From positions 43,934 through 107,933 of the forward strand of contig JAFUSH010000034.1 of assembly GCA_017471705.1 (NCBI GenBank): DNA of 64,000 nucleotides. Reading direction: 5' to 3'. Source of the DNA: Alphaproteobacteria bacterium (GTDB lineage: Bacteria > Pseudomonadota > Alphaproteobacteria > RF32 > CAG-239). A program made the translations under genes and the position numbers. A model generated the notes under the pieces. The model was given only the letters and a program-made list of their open reading frames with translations. It was not told where the DNA came from and searched no databases. Shown here piece by piece: positions 57,718 to 64,000 of the stretch. Position 1 is the stretch's first letter, and every line of letters starts with the position of its first letter.

Positions 57718-60700
57718 ATGAAGAAAATAGTTTATTTTATATCCGTTTTAATGACTTGCCTTTGTCTTAACCGCAATGCGCAGGCGTTTGTATGGCCGGA
57801 TTTTACGCCTCTGATTCCGTTTTCTCCGCAATTTTGCGTTATGTGTATTCCACCGGCGATTGATTGGGCATATAATACCGTTGACCAAGTTAAAGATGCG
57901 AAGAATCGTTTGAAAGAAATGACCGACGTGACCAAAATTAAACAGGCGCTTTCGGCATATGCGGCAAATCTCGGAAATATGGCGCTTAATTGGGCAACAC
58001 AAAAATTATCCGCACGCAAAAAAGTTATATCGTATTCCCGTACCATTATGGATAGTGAGCGCGAGGGAGTGGATGTAAAAAAAGAAGATTCGGTTAAAGT
58101 TGATTTCGTAAATCTGTTTTTGCAGTATCCTTCGACTAAAAATAAAATAAAGAAAGCATATCAGAAAAAAGGAGATGCCATTAAAACCGATACATCTCTT
58201 GAGATGTACATTACCGCTTCCGAAATGATGAAAGAATTATGCGGTGCTAAGGGTAAAGGATGCGAATTAGCAACTACTTTAGCAGATTACGACGGAGATG
58301 TAAGCACCGAATTTAAAGATTTTAAAGATATGGGAATGATGTTGCAATTAAGTCTGGTTGAGCAATGCTTTATGCAAGGTCAATATTGTGGTTTAATCGG
58401 TACAATCGGTTGCGAGCCGGGTAAAGATGGAGACAGTAGTGCGGAGCCGTCGGAAGAACAACCGACAGAGGGAGAAAGCACCGATGAAGATAAGGTTTGT
58501 CACTGGAAGGCCAGTTTGCAGCTAGCCCGTATGTATGATAAAATTATGCGCTACAATGAAATGCTTGTTTATATGCAGTATCAGTATGAAGCTGTTAAAG
58601 GTATTGATACTCTGGCAAAAATCAGAGCTGCTAAAGAAAATGAAGGTACTAAGGGTGAGCAAGGTGCTTTTCTTATGGATAAATATTTGCCGCAAAAGAA
58701 AAATGTGGCCTACAGCACATTATCAGACACTTTTGCGTTTGCCGATGAAGAACTCACAGATGAAGATTTAGAAGAGTTTTCTAAATATGAAAAAAGTATG
58801 TCCAATCGCGAAAATGTATTGGGCGGCAACTTTGAAACTCTTAAAGAAGCAAAAGGTTTTGAAACGGTTTTGGATGATAAAAAAGATGATCTTGCCAGTA
58901 TGCAATTTTTGGAAGAAACCAATAAAGCACTGAAAGATGCATTGGTATATCACAATATGAAACAGATGTTGCCCGATTACAGAGGCACATTTAAAACTTT
59001 AAAACAAGCCGAGGAATATCACGATAAGACTGTGGAATATTTACAGGATTCCGGCGAATGTATAAAGGGATATTTGGAACCTCATTACAATAATCCTGCT
59101 AAAGTGTGGTTTGGTGAAGGGTGTGATTATTTTGACCAAGGAACCATATATTGTCACTATTCACCGGAAAAAGAAATAAATGACAGTGAGGAAAGCAAAG
59201 GTTTGTATGATGAGCTGTGTCCGGACAATCCTCAATATAAGTGTTTTATTCAAAAACTGGAAGAAAGCGATATGAATAAAGGTGTTGCCGGAGCTTTGTT
59301 AGCTTTTTATAATGAAGGCAAAACAGCTGATGCGTTGCAGGAAACTCAGACTTATCTCAAAGAGGGCGAACAGTCACCGGAAGTTGAAACAGAAAAAACT
59401 TCGGAAAAGTCATATACCGCTCAGGTTACCATAGAAGGCGGAGATGAGGTTTCCGGAGATAAAGAAACGTATGTTACCGGTCGTGATGATTCTGCGATGA
59501 TGGGCAGGGATAACGCCAATGCCTCAGATGTGTTGCCGAGTGCCAGTTCGGTTCAAGCAAAAGCAAAGACTACTCGTGATGATCAGGAAGCCGATGAAAA
59601 TATAAAAGATCCTAAGGCTGCCGAGAGTTTGGCCGATGAGACACGGAAAGGACACCTGATGAATTGGATATGGGGTGCTACTATGGCTAATGTCATTTCT
59701 GCCGATTTAGACAGTTCTTCTCCAAAATTCGGAACACGTAAAAATAAGTTTCCGTTATGGAATGACCAGAAAGAGTTTTATGACCAATATATTGACGGCA
59801 AATATGATAACATTTCTCAATATATGGAAAGAGCTCCGATGCCTGATGGTATTATGAGTGCTGCCGAGGCGATAAACGAAGTGTATAATTATCCTGAGAT
59901 AGTTAAAGAAATAAAAGATGCGTTAGGCAATGTAACGGATACGATTACGGTGACTAAAGATGAACAGCAGGGATTTATAGCTGATGCTATAGAAGCTGTT
60001 AAGGATGATTTTAAGGATGTAAAAGACGAAACAAAAGAAACAATGGACAGCTTGATTGAAACGGAAACGGCTGAGCTTGAGGCGTTAAAAGCAGAACATA
60101 ATGCCAAGATTAGTAAATTATTGGAAGAAAAAGAATTGCTTCAGAGCCGTTTGGGACAAACCAATAGGGATTTGGATGCCGCAAATCAGGCATTTAATAA
60201 TGCCGGAGGAAAAATAGCTTCTTCAGTAAATACCGACAGAGCAACTAAGGAAAATGACGAAGCGAATAGAGAATTGCAGGCTAAGTACCGCAATCCGGTG
60301 GATTTATCCCAATCTCCGGCAAATAAGAAATTTGCGGGGATGAAGGCGGAAAGCGCAGAAAACAAAAAAGCTGCCGAAGCCGAACTTAAAGCCAAAGAAA
60401 AAGAAGCTCAAAACTTGGAAAAGAGTTCGGAAATGTTGGCTAAGTTGCTGAAGGCTAAAAAAGAAGAAATTGAAAAAGAACGCCGTCAGTTTGTTAAAAA
60501 ATACAGCGAAGCCGAAGAAAATGCCCGCAACGGATTTAATGATAAGGTGGAAGCTTATCTGGAAGAAGGTGTCGTTCTGAAAGATGAAGATGTCACTGCT
60601 ACTATTGAAAATGCAATAGTAAGAGCATCTGAGAAACTTTCCAAAGAGTTGTCAAGTCAGTATGGTACGGCGATTTCTATTGAACTGCCGACTGTAGCAG

Positions 60701-62379
60701 CAAGCGGAGCCGGACAAATGATTGCCTGTCTGCGTGAAAAAGCATCGCAAACTGCCAAAGATACGAAAGAGCAGGATATGAATTCGCTGAAAGCAAACGG
60801 CAAAATATATTATAATGAGTATGCGCCGGATGTTACGAATAAACACAACTCAATGATTAATAAAATGAAGAGTATAAGCGAATGTGCAATCGAAGGCGTA
60901 CCTTCCGAACCTATAGCCGAAAAAGTTTTCGGAGATATGTGCGATTCCGTTAATTGTACTACTCCTGATTTAAGCAAAGACGAAAACGGTTTGATAAATT
61001 ATTTTGTCGGTGCTTTGGGTGTAAGAGATGACTTGAAGGCTCCTACTCCGCCGGTAGCATTTTCATCGGCGCCGATGCGTGAAATTTTCCACTTTGATAT
61101 TGCTGACTACGAAAGTATTGAGAAGTATTACGAAGATGATGAGCCGAAAAATCCGAGCAGTTCGGATATTACCATAACGGCAGAAGGTTTCTTGAAGTTG
61201 GGTGAGGATATGCAATCCGGTCAAAAAGAGGCACAACAGAAATTGGAAAATCAAGGCGAAGTGGCCGGAACATTCCCTGAAATATGGAAGTATGTATTGA
61301 GACGTCATACTTACGGTCAAAAACAATTTGATCTAAAGAGGCTGTTGGGCAGTAAGGAATTAGGTGATGATGTTCGCGGTAATCCGGATAAGAGTTATTT
61401 GCGTTCAGGCAGTTTCCCTTGTTATATTGATAACAATGTAATTGATGCTTCGGCGGTGGTTAAATTGGTAGGTTTCAGACTTGTCCCGAATAATTTCAGC
61501 TATTCGATAAACAGTACGCCGGATAAGGATTTGTATACTAAAGTTCCGTGTAAAGGGTTGTTGATTAAAAAAGGAAGAGTGTTTGATTTTACGGCTGACG
61601 GAAGTCCACCTAACGGCGTACCTGTAAACGGTGAAGGAAGTATCAGCGAAACCAGTGAATTAGGAACTATTTTAGGATATGTTCCTGACGCAAACAATAA
61701 TATAGTGCGAGTTCTATTCGGTCACGGAATACCTACGGATATGAGCAAGGCTCCGCGTAAGCTGACATTTAATTCTACGCTGCAAAAAGCTGTGAATATT
61801 ATTTCCGAAACGGAAGAATTAGGCGAAGATAAAAGTAAAGATGCGGTATTCTATATGGCTAACCGCACCTTGCTTGACCGCAATCAGTTCGGTGATTATT
61901 TAAATCAGGTAGAGCAAGAAGCTATAGCGCGTGAATCTTTGGCGAAAATTCAAAACCAGATAGATGAGATATTGACAAATCTGCAAGATGTTTTTTACGG
62001 CACCGGTATTGTTATATCTGATGAGTTTAATTTACTGAATGATGATGATTATAAAGAGGCTGCCGAGGCTTTGGATGAACAAAAGCAAATATATCTTAAC
62101 AGAGCCGAAACGGAAATTCAAAAAGTTAAGGGTGTTTCCGAGACGGTAAAAAACAAGACGGAAACGCTTTTGAAGACCATTGCCGTTTTACGTGCGGATA
62201 GCGATGAAATTATTCATTTGAACGGCGGTGAGGATATAAATCAGGTTAAGTCCAGAATAGCCAATCAGAGTGCTGATAATTCGGTCGGAGATGAATATGA
62301 AAAAATGGGTGACGAAGCTCATCTGCGCCGGATAAGAGATTTACAGCCTCCTTTCTGTGAAGTTCATCCTTATAAATAA
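57718..62379 (+). CDS. giant secreted cysteine-rich coiled-coil protein (1553 aa)
   Basis: Signal MKKIVYFISVLMTCLCLNRNAQA. About 24 Cys, many in CxxC/Cx(n)C pairs. A central ~400-aa Lys/Glu coiled coil. No TM helices. Confidence 0.6.
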   Translation: MKKIVYFISVLMTCLCLNRNAQAFVWPDFTPLIPFSPQFCVMCIPPAIDWAYNTVDQVKDAKNRLKEMTDVTKIKQALSAYAANLGNMALNWATQKLSARKKVISYSRTIMDSEREGVDVKKEDSVKVDFVNLFLQYPSTKNKIKKAYQKKGDAIKTDTSLEMYITASEMMKELCGAKGKGCELATTLADYDGDVSTEFKDFKDMGMMLQLSLVEQCFMQGQYCGLIGTIGCEPGKDGDSSAEPSEEQPTEGESTDEDKVCHWKASLQLARMYDKIMRYNEMLVYMQYQYEAVKGIDTLAKIRAAKENEGTKGEQGAFLMDKYLPQKKNVAYSTLSDTFAFADEELTDEDLEEFSKYEKSMSNRENVLGGNFETLKEAKGFETVLDDKKDDLASMQFLEETNKALKDALVYHNMKQMLPDYRGTFKTLKQAEEYHDKTVEYLQDSGECIKGYLEPHYNNPAKVWFGEGCDYFDQGTIYCHYSPEKEINDSEESKGLYDELCPDNPQYKCFIQKLEESDMNKGVAGALLAFYNEGKTADALQETQTYLKEGEQSPEVETEKTSEKSYTAQVTIEGGDEVSGDKETYVTGRDDSAMMGRDNANASDVLPSASSVQAKAKTTRDDQEADENIKDPKAAESLADETRKGHLMNWIWGATMANVISADLDSSSPKFGTRKNKFPLWNDQKEFYDQYIDGKYDNISQYMERAPMPDGIMSAAEAINEVYNYPEIVKEIKDALGNVTDTITVTKDEQQGFIADAIEAVKDDFKDVKDETKETMDSLIETETAELEALKAEHNAKISKLLEEKELLQSRLGQTNRDLDAANQAFNNAGGKIASSVNTDRATKENDEANRELQAKYRNPVDLSQSPANKKFAGMKAESAENKKAAEAELKAKEKEAQNLEKSSEMLAKLLKAKKEEIEKERRQFVKKYSEAEENARNGFNDKVEAYLEEGVVLKDEDVTATIENAIVRASEKLSKELSSQYGTAISIELPTVAASGAGQMIACLREKASQTAKDTKEQDMNSLKANGKIYYNEYAPDVTNKHNSMINKMKSISECAIEGVPSEPIAEKVFGDMCDSVNCTTPDLSKDENGLINYFVGALGVRDDLKAPTPPVAFSSAPMREIFHFDIADYESIEKYYEDDEPKNPSSSDITITAEGFLKLGEDMQSGQKEAQQKLENQGEVAGTFPEIWKYVLRRHTYGQKQFDLKRLLGSKELGDDVRGNPDKSYLRSGSFPCYIDNNVIDASAVVKLVGFRLVPNNFSYSINSTPDKDLYTKVPCKGLLIKKGRVFDFTADGSPPNGVPVNGEGSISETSELGTILGYVPDANNNIVRVLFGHGIPTDMSKAPRKLTFNSTLQKAVNIISETEELGEDKSKDAVFYMANRTLLDRNQFGDYLNQVEQEAIARESLAKIQNQIDEILTNLQDVFYGTGIVISDEFNLLNDDDYKEAAEALDEQKQIYLNRAETEIQKVKGVSETVKNKTETLLKTIAVLRADSDEIIHLNGGEDINQVKSRIANQSADNSVGDEYEKMGDEAHLRRIRDLQPPFCEVHPYK

Positions 62380-62390
62380 AGGTAGGTAAA

Positions 62391-63146
62391 TTGGTTGAAT
62401 TAGGCAGAATAGAAGTAAAAAAGAAATTGATAGCCGGAAACTATCCTTCTCAGAGGCAGAATGATAGTCAGGTTCAGTTTTTATCAGAACTCAGTGAGGC
62501 CGATAGATCATCAAAAGAAGTCTATTTTCGTTGGTTATCTCGTTTGGTTATGCTCTGTGCCGTTGTGTCATTAAGTTTCTTTTTGAGCTCGTCATTGGTA
62601 ATATTCAGATTGGCTCCGGAGATTATTGTGGAGCCATTGCTGCTGATAAGGCAAAATGATTCGGAAAGTATGGTGAGATATGAGCCGATTACTACTAAGA
62701 TGCCGTCAATTCGCCAATTTACGGAGATGTTTATAAGACAATATGTTATTATGCGTAATACGGTTATTAATGATGAACAAGAGATGCGTACGCGCTGGGG
62801 ACCCGGAGGAATTGTCCATTATTTATCAATGCCGGATGTGTATGCTGATTTTGTGGGCTTAAATGCGGAATCCGTCAATAATATGTTTGATGACGGATAT
62901 TCCAGTGAAGTTCGGATAAATGAACTGGAAAAAGAGGAAACAAGTCCGGCGTGGTCAGTGATATTTACGGTTTACAACTTATCTAAAGATCGCAGCAGCA
63001 GCGGATCGCTCACTCTTAAAACGCAGCGATATAAAGCATCCATAACTCCTAAATTTATTCCTGAACGCAGTATGTACAGAGCACGTTTGATTAATCCGCT
63101 CGGCTTTACGGTTATAAAATATAATCAGAGCGAGATAAGAGAGTAA
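62391..63146 (+). CDS. virB8: type IV secretion system protein VirB8 (paralog a); possible TTG start
   Basis: A cytoplasmic N-terminus, a single TM (LVMLCAVVSLSFFLSSSLVIF) and a periplasmic NTF2-like domain with FTEMFIRQYVIMRNTV. Confidence 0.7.
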   Translation: MVELGRIEVKKKLIAGNYPSQRQNDSQVQFLSELSEADRSSKEVYFRWLSRLVMLCAVVSLSFFLSSSLVIFRLAPEIIVEPLLLIRQNDSESMVRYEPITTKMPSIRQFTEMFIRQYVIMRNTVINDEQEMRTRWGPGGIVHYLSMPDVYADFVGLNAESVNNMFDDGYSSEVRINELEKEETSPAWSVIFTVYNLSKDRSSSGSLTLKTQRYKASITPKFIPERSMYRARLINPLGFTVIKYNQSEIRE

Positions 63147-63292
63147 TTTGTTTAATTTATTTTAATCTTTTTATTTTATTATATCACCCAAAGGGGTATC
63201 TTTGCCTTTCGTCGTAGTGTGTAAAAGCGGGGGAAATCCTTTAGTGTAGGCACTTCTGCACGGTTAAATAAAAAAAATGAAAGAAATGAAAA

Positions 63293-63481
63293 ATGTATAA
63301 AAAAATTTTGATTTTTGTTGCTTTTTTAATTTTATCAGCCTGTAGTTTATTCGGTTCTTATTATGAACCTGAAGCTGTGGGTATAGGTAAAGATATAAAC
63401 GAGTTGAAGTTATCTCCTTGTGCTTGTATGCAGATTGAGTTAATAAAAGAAGTTCCGGATTGGTTTTGGGAAACAATTTAA
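63293..63481 (+). CDS. virB7: small lipoprotein, VirB7-like
   Basis: 62 aa, lipobox LSACS. It lies between two virB8 paralogs, as in the Rickettsiales rvhB8a-rvhB7-rvhB8b arrangement. Confidence 0.45.
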   Translation: MYKKILIFVAFLILSACSLFGSYYEPEAVGIGKDINELKLSPCACMQIELIKEVPDWFWETI

Positions 63482-63495
63482 TTTAGGGAAAAGAA

Positions 63496-64000
63496 ATGGC
63501 GGATCAACTCGGTATAAACAGTACGCAACAGCGGCTTATCGGTTCGGAACAAACCAGAAGCGCTATGGCACAGCGTTCTCAGGTAAATCAACATTTGAAT
63601 CATAGTGAAGATTCATTTGTGGTAAATGCCAGTGAAAAAAGATATTTATGGACAGCTCGTGCTTTTGCCGTAGTTACCGCTATAAGCATTTGCTGCAATC
63701 TGCTGTTATTACTGACGGTGGCGAATATTTTGCCTCTTTATCGTGTTGAGCCGTATTTGTTGACATTATCTAATAAAGAAGAGCAAGTGTACCGAATTGT
63801 TCCTTACAGTAAAGATATGGAATCGCAAAAGTCTATAACGGAGACGTTTGTGAGACAGTATATTTTATTACGTACCACATTGCTGCCGGATATTGAAGAA
63901 ATGCAATCTCGTTGGCAAAACGGCGGCGATTTGCAAGAAATGTCTTCTCCGATTGTTTATCAAGATTTCCTGAAAATTACCGGTAACAAGTTTATGCAAA
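63496..64000 (+). CDS. virB8: type IV secretion system protein VirB8 (paralog b); 3' end lies beyond the window
   Basis: N-terminal cytoplasmic region, a TM (AFAVVTAISICCNLLLLLTVANIL), then ETFVRQYILLRTTL. The ATG at 63496 follows a GGGAAAAG RBS. Confidence 0.7.
   Translation, partial: MADQLGINSTQQRLIGSEQTRSAMAQRSQVNQHLNHSEDSFVVNASEKRYLWTARAFAVVTAISICCNLLLLLTVANILPLYRVEPYLLTLSNKEEQVYRIVPYSKDMESQKSITETFVRQYILLRTTLLPDIEEMQSRWQNGGDLQEMSSPIVYQDFLKITGNKFMQ

Overview
This reads as an AT-rich alphaproteobacterial chromosomal segment, probably Rickettsiales-like. The first ~35 kb is ordinary housekeeping: xerC/D fragment, aroK, rph, rdgB, addB-addA-trxA, a stand-alone rplQ, murJ, an Nfu-type Fe-S scaffold, an orphan sensor kinase, a CDF transporter, an ABC-2/GldG-like fusion with its ATPase, anmK, tyrS, uvrA, queH, ldcA and an MsbA-like ABC exporter. 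The last ~29 kb is accessory, with two surface-machine loci lying head to head across a 450-bp divergent control region. (1) Minus strand, 35.2-46.8 kb: a type IVb (R64 thin-pilus, PilL-N-O-P-Q-R-S-like) gene set. It has a TcpQ-domain lipoprotein, a lipoprotein secretin, a bitopic assembly protein, a coiled-coil periplasmic protein, a GspE-type ATPase with a tetracysteine motif, a GspF-type platform protein and a candidate pilin, plus a short PilT/VirB11-family ATPase on the opposite strand. (2) Plus strand, 47.3-64 kb: an rvh-type (VirB/VirD4-like) T4SS segment. It has three tandem virB2 pilin paralogs, a small secreted protein, virB3, virB4, a 590-bp structured repeat-bearing spacer, then five Sec-signal-bearing secreted proteins in the place where VirB5/VirB6 genes would normally sit, then virB8-virB7-virB8. 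Two of the five secreted proteins are paralogs sharing GNWG glycine-rich repeats and a C-terminal CxxC...CxxxC motif. One carries a near-perfect 135-bp internal tandem duplication. One is a 1553-aa cysteine-rich coiled-coil giant. I regard the pilus/T4SS juxtaposition and the novel secreted-protein module as the most likely undescribed system. No rRNA, tRNA or CRISPR was found. One candidate structured sRNA lies in the HTH/queH divergent region at 29.69-29.88 kb.
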